Positions 35,438 to 44,869 of a DNA stretch of 49,422 nt are shown in pieces (the first letter of the stretch is position 1; every line of letters begins with the position of its first letter). Location: IMG/VR virus record IMGVR_UViG_3300002101_000014, positions 1 through 49,422 of that record. One strand, given 5' to 3'. Both the position numbers and the translations under genes were made by a program. The DNA comes from a virus. Lineage: Duplodnaviria > Caudoviricetes. Under the pieces are notes generated by a model that saw nothing but the letters and a program-made list of their open reading frames with translations, had not been told where the DNA came from and made no database searches.

Positions 35438-36158
35438 TAGCTGCCTCCTTCCCCTCTGTGATCCAATTCTGTAATATTCCTTTTGCATAATCTAAAGCAC
35501 TTTTATTTTTTATGCCCTTATCCAAGGCCTTTTGAATTGCTTCCTGAATATCTTCCATGGGATAAAGCTCTACTAAACTATAGATAAATTGATAATGTGC
35601 TATTATGCTTACTGTTGTTTTGGTTTCATAAAATTTTAATATCTCAAAGGTTTTTTCAGAAAGAGAGTTCTCCATCTCCTTATCTCTCTCTTTCTCTATA
35701 TCTATATCTAACTCTTTCTCTATATCTATCTCTCTCTCTTTCTCTTGGTTGGACACATTGGACATAGGTAGGACATTTTTAGGACATTGTCCAATACTTC
35801 TATGTTTTCTCTTTTGTTCTGCCCAGTATGTTTCAGTACCTAGCATCCTTTCCATTTCAAGCATATAGATAGTTTTATCCTCTAAAACCTCCATCATATT
35901 TAACTCAATAAATACCTTCATAGCACTTCTTACGATATCTACATTTGTATTAGATATCGTTGCTATCATCGATTCATTGTATGGTACCGTATCGCTAAAT
36001 CTTAAGTTCCCATCATGGTCCACACTCTCCACTAACATCTTGAGATAAAATAAAATATAGTCTTTACCATTTGGCATAGCCTCGATTATTTGTATATCAT
36101 GCCTTTTAAAGAAATCTTTTTTAAGCTTTAGCCAGTAGTATTTTTTAGTATCACTCAA
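35328..36158 (-). CDS. Replisome organizer / replication initiator
   Basis: KKYYWLKLKKDFF...MPNGKDY..FYLK; C-terminal YAKGILQNW (DnaD-like). Confidence 0.92.
   Translation of the reverse strand: MSDTKKYYWLKLKKDFFKRHDIQIIEAMPNGKDYILFYLKMLVESVDHDGNLRFSDTVPYNESMIATISNTNVDIVRSAMKVFIELNMMEVLEDKTIYMLEMERMLGTETYWAEQKRKHRSIGQCPKNVLPMSNVSNQEKEREIDIEKELDIDIEKERDKEMENSLSEKTFEILKFYETKTTVSIIAHYQFIYSLVELYPMEDIQEAIQKALDKGIKNKSALDYAKGILQNWITEGKEAASGGSRADSKSDNRELKIKGNTEIPDLGDLKGEFGEV
35680..35795. repeat. Putative replication origin iterons inside initiator gene
   Basis: Four (T/A)GGACA copies plus inverted TGTCCA (35750-35793) next to a TC/TA-rich tract. Confidence 0.65.
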
Positions 36159-36170
36159 GTTGCCACCTCC

Positions 36171-36281
36171 CTAATATCTTATGATGTGTAAATATGCTAT
36201 GAGCATTAAAGTTCCTACTACAATTTCAAACACTACCGCCCTTACCCATTTACCTTTTTGTGTTATTCTGTATGTTTTCAT
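36171..36281 (-). CDS. Small membrane protein (36 aa, absent from ORF track)
   Basis: AAAGGTG RBS; MKTYRITQKGKWVRAVVFEIVVGTLMLIAYLHIIRY. Confidence 0.55.
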   Translation of the reverse strand: MKTYRITQKGKWVRAVVFEIVVGTLMLIAYLHIIRY

Positions 36282-36292
36282 AAGTTCACCTT

Positions 36293-36712
36293 TTATGCTA
36301 TTTCAAAGTATTCCGTTAATATTTCTCTAACTTTGAAATACTCGTGATGTTCTGAAATAGCATGAAGAACATCTTTTCTTTTAAACCCTACCGATTCTCT
36401 TTGGCTATCTTCTTTGTACTTAAAAGCCTCTAACATACAGCTGTTAGCACATCCATAATTCATAAAGTAAATATCTCCTGCATCGTTTATGTTATAGCGG
36501 CTTCTCATTTCTGTTTTGGAATTGCTATACGTTGGACCTAAATCCCCCAGATAAGTTCCCTTTGTACTTTCGCTTCTTTTATATTCCATTAATTCAACTG
36601 CAAACTCTCTAGCATTTTCTAAAAAATTATCTTCAATTTTTACAATAAACATATGCCTCGAATGATAATACTGGCTTACTATAAGACAATATTTATAACC
36701 GTTACTATTCAT
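36293..36712 (-). CDS. Hypothetical protein
   Basis: GGGAG RBS before MNSNGY. Confidence 0.7.
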   Translation of the reverse strand: MNSNGYKYCLIVSQYYHSRHMFIVKIEDNFLENAREFAVELMEYKRSESTKGTYLGDLGPTYSNSKTEMRSRYNINDAGDIYFMNYGCANSCMLEAFKYKEDSQRESVGFKRKDVLHAISEHHEYFKVREILTEYFEIA

Positions 36713-36745
36713 TAATTTGTCTCCCTTCACAATATATAAAGTTGT

Positions 36746-37474
36746 TTATAAGAATCTTAATTGTTGACTTATTTCATTCTTATATCCTAAAAATGTAAGT
36801 ATAGATTTCTCTCTTTCTTTGTTATAAAATTCATAGTTAGGATACCAATCGAAGAAATTTTTTATACTTTTTGAGCTATTACAACTTTGACATACAGGGA
36901 TTATATTATTTATTGTGTATTCCCCGCCTTCACTAAGTGCTTTAAAGTGATCTTGTGTTAGTGGCAACTCCTTTCCACAATAAGCACATTTATTATTGAA
37001 ATATATCTTAATTTGTTTCCATTGATCCACAGTAAAGGTAGCCGGTAAACCATGTTTCAATGACAATTGTTTTGCAGAGTTTATTCTTGCTTTGTCTGGA
37101 TTTTTTAAATTCCATAGCTTTATAGTTATAGCTATTTTTTCTTTGTTGATGTCCCTGTATTTTTTTGAATATGCTAAATATTTAACTTTGTTTTTTTCAT
37201 GGTATTGCCTATGTATTATGCCTATTTTTACTTTATTTTTTATATAATGCTGTCTTGATTTTTCGTTTATCATTTCTTTATTCTCTGCATAATATATTTC
37301 GTGCCTTTTGCGTGATCTAGCTCCTTTATCTTTTATATTCCTTTGACTTGCATATTCAGTTCTGCAGCTTTTACAATCATTTCGGTATCCAGTCGGAGTA
37401 TCTTTTCTTGGTTGGAAATATTCGCTTGTCAATGGTAATTCTTTTTTACACTTATTGCATATTTTAAATTCCAA
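36746..37474 (-). CDS. HNH endonuclease
   Basis: N-terminal CNKC...CKSC; CAYCG...DH...GG.....N....CQSCNSSK. Confidence 0.9.
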   Translation of the reverse strand: MEFKICNKCKKELPLTSEYFQPRKDTPTGYRNDCKSCRTEYASQRNIKDKGARSRKRHEIYYAENKEMINEKSRQHYIKNKVKIGIIHRQYHEKNKVKYLAYSKKYRDINKEKIAITIKLWNLKNPDKARINSAKQLSLKHGLPATFTVDQWKQIKIYFNNKCAYCGKELPLTQDHFKALSEGGEYTINNIIPVCQSCNSSKSIKNFFDWYPNYEFYNKEREKSILTFLGYKNEISQQLRFL

Positions 37475-37478
37475 TATA

Positions 37479-37916
37479 CTAACCTTCTCGCTTCATAATC
37501 TCGGCTGGTGACCATACTTCTTTTAACTCGCCAACCGGCAATGTCTTTTGGCTATATAAGCTATCTAATAAAGACTTATTTATTTCCTCCAATTCCTCGT
37601 TGTGCTTAATTAAAGCCTTTACGGTGTCCTTTAGCTTGTTTACTTCCTTGACTTCCTTAAAATCGCTATTAAGGCTTTCTACGAGTACCTCCCTTTCTAG
37701 TATGTTTAGATTTTCAACAATCATCTTTTTAATGAAAGCTATACTAATATGGCCAAACTTTATTTCATGATCCAGCTGAAGGAGCTCCAAACTAGTCCTT
37801 AATTGTCCGTCTAAGTCCCTGTGAGCTATAGAATTATGATGTTCTATACGTTTTTCTTTGAATTTATTTTGTAGATCAATTAGGTATTGTGGCTCGGTTC
37901 TATATTTAATGTTCAT
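37479..37916 (-). CDS. Hypothetical coiled-coil protein
   Basis: Open frame in operon. Confidence 0.65.
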   Translation of the reverse strand: MNIKYRTEPQYLIDLQNKFKEKRIEHHNSIAHRDLDGQLRTSLELLQLDHEIKFGHISIAFIKKMIVENLNILEREVLVESLNSDFKEVKEVNKLKDTVKALIKHNEELEEINKSLLDSLYSQKTLPVGELKEVWSPAEIMKREG

Positions 37917-38493
37917 TTTCTATATACCATTTAGCTTTTAAAATTGCATCAGTAGTTAGCGACATAAATCTAGAACTTGTTGGAGTGAACAGTACCCCAG
38001 TTTCTTTATACTCACACCTTACGTTTTTACCTTCGCTAAATGCGTATGCTGCTTCCATAAATGTTACTGGTTGTTCTACTAAAGTCCATTTGCTAATATA
38101 AGGAATACCATAAGGAACTGCTGCTATAAAATCGCCTTGAATTTGCAGTGTAGTTGTACATTCACTTTCAATAAAAGCACTATCATGTAGTAATAAAGCA
38201 GTTTCAAACTTTAACTTAGGGTTTACGGCAAGCATTTTAATTGCTTCTTCCAATTCGTAAGTTTTTATAGGATTTATTATGTCTTCATTCCATTCATAAA
38301 CCTTGATAACACCGTCTGATATAGAACCACATCTGCAAGCAAACATTTTTTTATTTTCATTTTCAAGCCATCCAATATTTGATTTTACATATAATCCACT
38401 TGGAATAATTTCATTTTTAGATTCTACAAAGTATTTTTTATCAGATAGTTTAAGCTCTGAAATTTCTTTTACCGTTAATAATTTTCCTTTCAT
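37906..38493 (-). CDS. Hypothetical phage protein
   Basis: W.LVEQPVTFMEA..A..EGK C-terminal pattern; GGGAGG RBS. Confidence 0.75.
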   Translation of the reverse strand: MKGKLLTVKEISELKLSDKKYFVESKNEIIPSGLYVKSNIGWLENENKKMFACRCGSISDGVIKVYEWNEDIINPIKTYELEEAIKMLAVNPKLKFETALLLHDSAFIESECTTTLQIQGDFIAAVPYGIPYISKWTLVEQPVTFMEAAYAFSEGKNVRCEYKETGVLFTPTSSRFMSLTTDAILKAKWYIENEH

Positions 38494-38504
38494 AATTTCC
38501 CTCC

Positions 38505-38756
38505 CTATTTTTTTAATCTTTTATGCCATTTCTTATCAGTTATTTCTTTCATTTGGCCATCTTTTCTTAGTTTATAAGCTTGTTTCATTACTGTTTTAAT
38601 TGTCCTTTCTAATGCAAATGACATTTCTTCAGGGCCTGTGATGTCATACCATGTTGCTAAATATTTCAAGTCCTCTTTAACCCAAGGCTTACCATTGTTT
38701 GCGTGATATTCAGGGTTATAATTCATCCGCCCATATTTGTCATATTTGATATCCAT
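38505..38756 (-). CDS. Myb-like small DNA-binding protein
   Basis: YDKYGRMNYNPEYH.N.GKPW..EDL.YL...MSFALERT. Confidence 0.7.
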   Translation of the reverse strand: MDIKYDKYGRMNYNPEYHANNGKPWVKEDLKYLATWYDITGPEEMSFALERTIKTVMKQAYKLRKDGQMKEITDKKWHKRLKK

Positions 38757-38764
38757 AGCAAGCT

Positions 38765-39514
38765 TTAAACCCCTCCCAAGTCAATCGTTAGGCCCTTTTC
38801 TGCAATATATACAGGCTTTCCAGTAAGCCTTTCTATCTCGTCCTTAAATTTTTTTGTATTACTATTTCCGTCTGAAAGATGGATAAGTGTTATATCTCTA
38901 ACTTGGCTTAAATCATTGGCCATAAGAAATTGTTTTACATTCTCTAGGCTAAAATGTGACTTTAATAACCTGTTTCTTAAGCTCCATGGTATAAGTCCTA
39001 AATCTATGTTTTCTTGAAGAATATCGTTGGCATAATTCGCTTCGATTAATATGTGATTTAAGCCATTAAACTTGTATTGGCAATAATAGCTGTCTGTAAT
39101 AAATAAGAGCTTACCTATGTCACTATGTTGCACTAAGAAGCCTAGACTACCTTCACAATCATGCTCCGTTTCAAATGGAAGGACCGTGAAACCACATACT
39201 GCAAATTGCCTTTCAGATTCTATTAATTTAAGCCTGTGATGGGTTTCTATAACCTCGCTTTCTTTTACATATCCCCTTACGGTTCCAATGCTTGTATAAA
39301 CATCTATTCCAGCTTCTAGAAAGTCTTGTGAGGCCTTGCTATGGTCTTTGTGACAATGACTTACTAGACACCCTACGACGTTGCTAAGATTGAAATTTAA
39401 GCCTTTAAGAATTTCCTTGTAGGGTATGCCACATTCTATTATTAAAGTTTCCTCCTTACTTTGGAGGAGATAACAATTCCCTTTGCTCCCTGATGCCAAC
39501 ACTTTGAGTTCCAT
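38765..39514 (-). CDS. Metallo-beta-lactamase fold hydrolase (exonuclease partner of Bet)
   Basis: LASGSKGN, SHCHKDH, EHD, TD, EANY, SH, IHLS. Confidence 0.92.
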   Translation of the reverse strand: MELKVLASGSKGNCYLLQSKEETLIIECGIPYKEILKGLNFNLSNVVGCLVSHCHKDHSKASQDFLEAGIDVYTSIGTVRGYVKESEVIETHHRLKLIESERQFAVCGFTVLPFETEHDCEGSLGFLVQHSDIGKLLFITDSYYCQYKFNGLNHILIEANYANDILQENIDLGLIPWSLRNRLLKSHFSLENVKQFLMANDLSQVRDITLIHLSDGNSNTKKFKDEIERLTGKPVYIAEKGLTIDLGGV

Positions 39515-40248
39515 TAGTACGGAGTATCTTCCATTTTTATTTGTTCGGCTTCAACCTTTGGTGTTGAGTTAGTTTTCTCTTTGACATCTTTAGATTGGAC
39601 ATCAATAACCTTTTCTTGCTTAATATCAATTACCTTTGAGTTACCCTTTTGCTTTATTTCCTCTTTTAATAGTGTGTCCGTGTTTACTGGCAGTACTTCC
39701 TCTTCAGTGTATAAAGCTCCTAAGTCTTCTGGGAATGCTTCTCTAAGGGCCTGCACTATTGCAACTTTTCTTATCATTGTTTTAGGAAATTTGTTCCAAG
39801 TACTTTGTCCTTTGTTATATTCTTCTAGATTGACCTTAGCGATATAAGGAAACTTCCTATTCTTTTTATAAACTTCTGCCCATCCACCGAGTACAATGTC
39901 AGCCTTTAATGCGAAGGAACCTTCCGATTCTATAACTTGGTTGTCTCTCTGTATAATCAACCCTGCCTTAAGTCCTTCGTAGGAATCGTTTCTTTCAGCT
40001 TTCTTCATGTAAGCTTCCTTACCAACAACAATCTGTGCTGGCGAACCTTTGAATTTTACCAAATAAGCTTCGTTCAGGAACGGATTAAGCTTTTGATATT
40101 TACATAGATTGATAAACATCACAACTTCTTGATCGCTCACATCTTCATTTCCATGGGTTAAATAGTTTTTAACTATATTGCCTGTTAATTTTATTTCTTC
40201 ACCATTTACCACGAATTTATTTTCAATGGTCATTAAATCATTTGCCAT
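39514..40248 (-). CDS. bet: Bet/RecT single-strand annealing protein
   Basis: FINLCKYQKLNPF.NEAYLVKF...STW...PKTMIRKVA.VQALREAFP. Confidence 0.9.
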   Translation of the reverse strand: MANDLMTIENKFVVNGEEIKLTGNIVKNYLTHGNEDVSDQEVVMFINLCKYQKLNPFLNEAYLVKFKGSPAQIVVGKEAYMKKAERNDSYEGLKAGLIIQRDNQVIESEGSFALKADIVLGGWAEVYKKNRKFPYIAKVNLEEYNKGQSTWNKFPKTMIRKVAIVQALREAFPEDLGALYTEEEVLPVNTDTLLKEEIKQKGNSKVIDIKQEKVIDVQSKDVKEKTNSTPKVEAEQIKMEDTPY

Positions 40249-40513
40249 TTAATAGTTCCTCCTCAATTTCTTTTATTTCATCCATGTCATACATAAAAGG
40301 TTTTCCCTCTTCCATACAATTATGAAACAGATTCCCCAGTGCATTTGCACAATCCTCACAAAATGCTCGAGTATCATATTTCTTCCCCTTGCTATCACAA
40401 AAGCTATAAACTAAGACAAAAGGAACTACTCTATTACAATTATCACAACTACATGTTCTTATTTTCCTAGGTATCTGCTTAATCTTTATCAAATTAAACA
40501 ACCTCACTTTCAT
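40238..40513 (-). CDS. Cys-rich hypothetical protein
   Basis: CDNC...FCEDC; coupled ORF. Confidence 0.6.
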   Translation of the reverse strand: MKVRLFNLIKIKQIPRKIRTCSCDNCNRVVPFVLVYSFCDSKGKKYDTRAFCEDCANALGNLFHNCMEEGKPFMYDMDEIKEIEEELLNGK

Positions 40514-42455
40514 TATTTTCTATTCTTAAGGTCCTGTCTTTTTTAGATACTATTAGGTTTATAATTTGGCTATTGGTATCTATCAGATCATCCACCGATT
40601 CCCTGTTATCAAAGAAGATTGGAGCTGAGATATTGTAGTGTTGACTAAGGGTATTAATAATATCTAATCCAGCCTTAAACTTAGCACCAGTATTTAAGTT
40701 AGTACTAAACGGAACACCGTTCACCATTACCTCGCAACATTCTTCGATGCCTCCATTTTGAAGTGGCCTAAATAACATTATCTTTGCAAATTTAAATCTG
40801 CTATTTATTGAATCCTCAAGCAATTCAACTTTGGATTTTACAAATTGCTCATATAAGAACTCTTGACCCTCTAATGAGGAGATCAAAACACCCAACCTTT
40901 TTTCCTCTTTATTAAGTTCATCTATTCTAACCAAAGATTCTCCATTGGCTGCTTTATATGCTAATTGACTATCAACTATTTTGAGGTCTATTTGAAGCTT
41001 ATTTTTTCTATCTTTAAGGTCATTTAAAGTATCAATTGCACTAATGGGTTGGTTTACTTTAGTTTCTAAATCTGCTATACGTTGTTTTAACTCTTCGTAC
41101 TCTGGGCCATACACGGGTTGAGCTTTGAAGTTTAATATGGAACTTTCTAACTCAGGTTCTTTTTTCATTAAAGGATTTAAGATAACAGCAATAGTTTCAA
41201 TCTCTTCAAGATAAGTATTTTTTTGATTTTGGAGCACCTCAATTTGTTCCTTCTCGGAAGTCCCTTTGCTCATATTATTCTTTAAATCTTCTGCATTTCT
41301 AAGGTTAAAGTTTTCAGTTAAATTCTGTTTGGTGGTTTCAATATCAGAAATATCAAGATCTCTTTTGCAAGTTGGACAAACAAACTTAGATTCATCAAAT
41401 ATTAAAACACGGGACTTTATAGCATGGTACTCTTCTAGTAAGGACGCTTTTTCTTTTTCTAAAGTGCATATTTTTTCGGTACAATTTTTAGCCTGATTAT
41501 TAAAATTATTCTGTTTAGATTCTAGTGTTTGAATTTCTGATTTAATGTTATAAAGATCACTTCCCATTGCTTGTAGCGGCTTATCCATCTCCTGTTTAAC
41601 TTTATAATCCATTCCTTGAAGTTGATTTTTAAGTTCATAAATCTTACTCTTTTCCTTTAAGATTTCGTCTCCAACCTTGGATCTATCAGCAATCTGTTCA
41701 TCTATACTATTGATTCCAGATACAATGCCTCTTCTTTGCATTTCTAAAGCTTCAAACTCAATATTTTCCTTTATAGAGCTCCTTCTTTCATCGACCCTAG
41801 CAGGGATGCCCTCCTGGTCTTTTTTAAGTTTAGATATCTGAGCTTTAATTCTTTTAGCAAAGCTCTCCATATCTTCATTGGGATTAAGCAAAGTAGACAG
41901 TTCTGAGAGTTTATCATTATAATTAATTACCTGATCTATGCTGACATCACCGTTGATATCAAATATCATTTTTCTTTTTTCTTTCCATGGGAGAACTGCC
42001 CCAAAATACATTGGGTTGGTAAGAAGCTTAAATATATTTTCTGGGATTATACTAGCAATATAAGCCTTAAATTCTCCTTCTTTGTAAGGAACCTCATTGA
42101 CATAATATTCTTTGGTGTTGGTATCGTAAGTAGCTCTTTCAGTGCCTTTTTTCCTAACCCATTTTTGTTTTAAAACTTTTCTTAATGTTGTCTTTAACCC
42201 ATCAATTTCAAAAACCCCAATAACCTCGGTTTCAAGATTATCTATGACCTTCCCATTTGAATCTAGGGGCTGGACATCAAATTTGCTTATATCACTACTA
42301 TCTTTGTCAAAAAGTAACCACGTGAATGAATCGTTGATTGAACTTTTACCAGTGCCATTCTTTCCGTAGATATTTGTGATATCATCAAAATCTATGATTG
42401 GGAATAAATTCCCTTTGAAATTCTTTTGTTCTAGTCTTAATAATTTGATAATCAT
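40494..42455 (-). CDS. SMC/SbcC-like AAA ATPase
   Basis: GKNGTGKSS, long coiled coil with CPTC hook, LNTG, PIFFDNRES. Confidence 0.9.
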   Translation of the reverse strand: MIIKLLRLEQKNFKGNLFPIIDFDDITNIYGKNGTGKSSINDSFTWLLFDKDSSDISKFDVQPLDSNGKVIDNLETEVIGVFEIDGLKTTLRKVLKQKWVRKKGTERATYDTNTKEYYVNEVPYKEGEFKAYIASIIPENIFKLLTNPMYFGAVLPWKEKRKMIFDINGDVSIDQVINYNDKLSELSTLLNPNEDMESFAKRIKAQISKLKKDQEGIPARVDERRSSIKENIEFEALEMQRRGIVSGINSIDEQIADRSKVGDEILKEKSKIYELKNQLQGMDYKVKQEMDKPLQAMGSDLYNIKSEIQTLESKQNNFNNQAKNCTEKICTLEKEKASLLEEYHAIKSRVLIFDESKFVCPTCKRDLDISDIETTKQNLTENFNLRNAEDLKNNMSKGTSEKEQIEVLQNQKNTYLEEIETIAVILNPLMKKEPELESSILNFKAQPVYGPEYEELKQRIADLETKVNQPISAIDTLNDLKDRKNKLQIDLKIVDSQLAYKAANGESLVRIDELNKEEKRLGVLISSLEGQEFLYEQFVKSKVELLEDSINSRFKFAKIMLFRPLQNGGIEECCEVMVNGVPFSTNLNTGAKFKAGLDIINTLSQHYNISAPIFFDNRESVDDLIDTNSQIINLIVSKKDRTLRIENNESEVV

Positions 42456-42476
42456 TTTCTTATCCTCCTTTTTAAA

Positions 42477-42505
42477 TTGTTATATTCCCCCATAAGATAT
42501 ATAAT
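42477..42505 (+). promoter_or_regulatory. SigA promoter of moron
   Basis: TTGTTA-17-TATAAT. Confidence 0.65.
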
Positions 42506-42528
42506 TTTGTTGAAAGGGGGTGATTTTT

Positions 42529-42753
42529 ATGGAAAATAGTGTTGATATAATTTTAAAGTCTGGGAAAAGTATTGTTATTGAAGACTTTAAGCACATTGCC
42601 TATCCATCTGATGATGAAAGTATTATTGTTAAAAAATTTGACAATTTCTATTTGTATAATAGGCTTTTAACATTTGTTGGAGATTCTACGATAGTTACTT
42701 TAAATTCAGAAGATATCGAGTTTGTTAGATTCTCAGGAAACTTTAGTGAGTAA
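42529..42753 (+). CDS. Moron, hypothetical protein
   Basis: GGGGGTG RBS, ATG 42529, own promoter and terminator. Confidence 0.75.
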   Translation: MENSVDIILKSGKSIVIEDFKHIAYPSDDESIIVKKFDNFYLYNRLLTFVGDSTIVTLNSEDIEFVRFSGNFSE

Positions 42754-42871
42754 CAGTTACGTCTAAAAGAGTGCAATTACAGTTGTGCTCTTTTTCTATT
42801 TTTTTGATTACTTTAATTCTTTCTTCTAGTTCTTGCATTGTGTTTACTGAAATTTTTATTATTAATTCCAT
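42743..42871 (-). CDS. Small hypothetical protein (42 aa, absent from ORF track)
   Basis: GGAGGTG RBS; MELIIKISVNTMQELEERIKVIKKIEKEHNCNCTLLDVTVTH. Confidence 0.55.
   Translation of the reverse strand: MELIIKISVNTMQELEERIKVIKKIEKEHNCNCTLLDVTVTH
42765..42795 (+). terminator. Intrinsic terminator
   Basis: AAAAGAGTGCAATT-ac-AGTTGTGCTCTTTTT. Confidence 0.65.
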
Positions 42872-42920
42872 CAGCCCTCACCTCCCCTAAATATTTTTAA
42901 ATTATGTAATGCTTGTCCTC

Positions 42921-43637
42921 CTAAGCTACCTGATATTTTTTTAGAATCTCGTCAATCCTAACTTCATTGTTTTTGCATAAAGCTACAGCTGTACTGACGC
43001 AAGCTTGGATTTCTGTATCATGGACCATATCTAAAGTCTTTGGTTTAGTCTTTTTGCCTGATTCATTTAGATAATTTGTTATTCTAAGATTTAGGTTAAT
43101 TCCATGTGCATAAAGGAGTTCTTTCTTAAAATCTCTCCATGCGGTTTCATAGCCAACTTTACTACCGTACTTTTTAACAATTGCTTCAATAATTTTTCTA
43201 TCAGCCCATTCTAAGGTTTGTTTTGTAAGAAGCTTATTTTCGGTCTCCAACACATAGACATTATTTTGCAAAGAAAGCAATTGCGTATCTGCCATCTTTA
43301 AAGCCCTTGACATTACAGATTCAGGGCTATTCCATTTTTTCTCTAAGTCTATGAAATATAATCTTGCTTGTTTGCCTTTATCGGTTTTCTGCAACATAGC
43401 TAATTCCTTAGCCATATCTACAGTTATTTCAAAGTCTTGAGCTGGTCTACCACCTAATGAGTTTTCGAGTGATTGCTCGATAACCCTATAATCTTCATTT
43501 TCAGTAAATCCAAATGATTTAAACTGATTAAACCATTTTAAAAACTCACCCCAAGGCTTGTCCAAAAACTCCCACAAATCCCTCGCGCTTGTTGTTTGGT
43601 TATTTTCTTTGTAATTGATTTTCATTAATTCGTTCAA
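42921..43637 (-). CDS. AntA/AntB antirepressor
   Basis: SARDLWEFL...YGF/FGFTENEDY...GGRP..D....DMAKE.AM.Q.T.KG.QAR.YFI.LEK.WNSPE. Confidence 0.9.
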   Translation of the reverse strand: MNELMKINYKENNQTTSARDLWEFLDKPWGEFLKWFNQFKSFGFTENEDYRVIEQSLENSLGGRPAQDFEITVDMAKELAMLQKTDKGKQARLYFIDLEKKWNSPESVMSRALKMADTQLLSLQNNVYVLETENKLLTKQTLEWADRKIIEAIVKKYGSKVGYETAWRDFKKELLYAHGINLNLRITNYLNESGKKTKPKTLDMVHDTEIQACVSTAVALCKNNEVRIDEILKKYQVA

Positions 43638-43701
43638 ATTGTTTCCTCCTTTTTATTTTTATCCCCTTGTGGTAAAATTTCGGTTGAGAGGGGGTGTTGT
43701 T

Positions 43702-43863
43702 ATGGATCTATCAAAAGAAATAAATGATACGATACTTGGTTCAGAGATAGAAGTTGCTTGCCCTAATTGCGGTAAAGAATTTACTATCTTACTAAATCAA
43801 GTAGGCCACGTTGTTCAATGTCCATTCTGCAAAACGAGCATTGAGCTAAAAGACAATTCTTAA
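43702..43863 (+). CDS. Moron, zinc-ribbon protein
   Basis: CPNCG...CPFC; GAGGGGGTG RBS; TGgTAAAAT extended -10. Confidence 0.7.
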   Translation: MDLSKEINDTILGSEIEVACPNCGKEFTILLNQVGHVVQCPFCKTSIELKDNS

Positions 43864-43994
43864 AGTTGCTTAGAATTAAGCGAATCTATTAGTTCTTTTA
43901 CTCTTTTTAGGGTAGTTTCTAATTCGTTCGCTTTTTCTTTCGCCGCATCTATTTGAGTAGTGTCAATTTTTATAACTATTGCTGTTGCCTCCAT
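43860..43994 (-). CDS. Small hypothetical protein (44 aa, absent from ORF track)
   Basis: GGAGGTG RBS; MEATAIVIKIDTTQIDAAKEKANELETTLKRVKELIDSLNSKQL. Confidence 0.6.
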   Translation of the reverse strand: MEATAIVIKIDTTQIDAAKEKANELETTLKRVKELIDSLNSKQL

Positions 43995-44056
43995 CCTTTC
44001 TCACCTCCTCCAAAAAACTAATTCGTTCAATGCTTGTCTTCCTTTTTAAATTATTT

Positions 44057-44084
44057 AAAGGTATTTGTAAATTTTTGTAGAATT
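44057..44084 (+). promoter_or_regulatory. SigH-like promoter
   Basis: AAAGGT-17-GAATT. Confidence 0.6.
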
Positions 44085-44109
44085 ACCACCTAGGAAAGAA
44101 GGTGATATT

Positions 44110-44373
44110 ATGAATAAAGCTTTAATAAAATTTTCTAATGGTGATTCGTTAGAATTATTTGATGAACAATTAATTATTACTATATCTAAACTTGTTATTA
44201 ATGATGATATAAGTGTTTCTCAAGGGCCAACATATAAACTGTGGTATCATTCAAGTGCCGGCTTAATACCATCAATTTGTGAAATGCTTTGTCAATGTGA
44301 CTTTTTTCAATTAGTGGATAATACAGATAAGGCTTATAGTTCAACTGCTGTTGTCACTGTGGAAAATTTATAG
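44110..44373 (+). CDS. Moron, hypothetical protein
   Basis: AAGGTG RBS, own promoter. Confidence 0.75.
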   Translation: MNKALIKFSNGDSLELFDEQLIITISKLVINDDISVSQGPTYKLWYHSSAGLIPSICEMLCQCDFFQLVDNTDKAYSSTAVVTVENL

Positions 44374-44375
44374 TT

Positions 44376-44645
44376 TTATTCTGAACGGTTTGTTAGTGGC
44401 AAATCGTTCTTTTCTTTGTCTAACAATTCTTTGATATAACCAAGGAAAAAACAAATCAAGAGTTTATGGCCTTGTGATTTTGAATTATTGTATACAATTC
44501 CTTTTTCAAACAAACTTAATTTTTTATAAATATCTCCGTATGTTTTGGAATCATTCTTTAGCTCGTCAATAAATTCTTTTGAAACTTGATCAGTAGCTTT
44601 ATCATATTTATCAAATATTTCTTTTAATTTTTCATTGTTACTCAC
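44376..44645 (-). CDS. Hypothetical protein
   Basis: AGGAGG RBS, GTG start. Confidence 0.65.
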   Translation of the reverse strand: MSNNEKLKEIFDKYDKATDQVSKEFIDELKNDSKTYGDIYKKLSLFEKGIVYNNSKSQGHKLLICFFLGYIKELLDKEKNDLPLTNRSE

Positions 44646-44718
44646 TGCTTGTCCTCCTTTTTCTTAGTTAAACTGTTAAATGATTGTTATGTTAATCGCG
44701 TTTTAATCCTACCAATGG

Positions 44719-44856
44719 CTAATTTTTTAAAGTTACTTTGGTATTAACTCCGTATTCCTTTAATATAATTCTCTCCATTACTTCTGCTATATTTTGCAGA
44801 ACCTTATCTTTTTGATCGTTTGAAATTTCAGGACCAATGATAATAACCTTGGGCAA
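44719..44856 (-). CDS. Small hypothetical protein (45 aa, absent from ORF track)
   Basis: GAGGTGG RBS; MPKVIIIGPEISNDQKDKVLQNIAEVMERIILKEYGVNTKVTLKN. Confidence 0.6.
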   Translation of the reverse strand: MPKVIIIGPEISNDQKDKVLQNIAEVMERIILKEYGVNTKVTLKN

Positions 44857-44869
44857 ATTCACCACCTCA

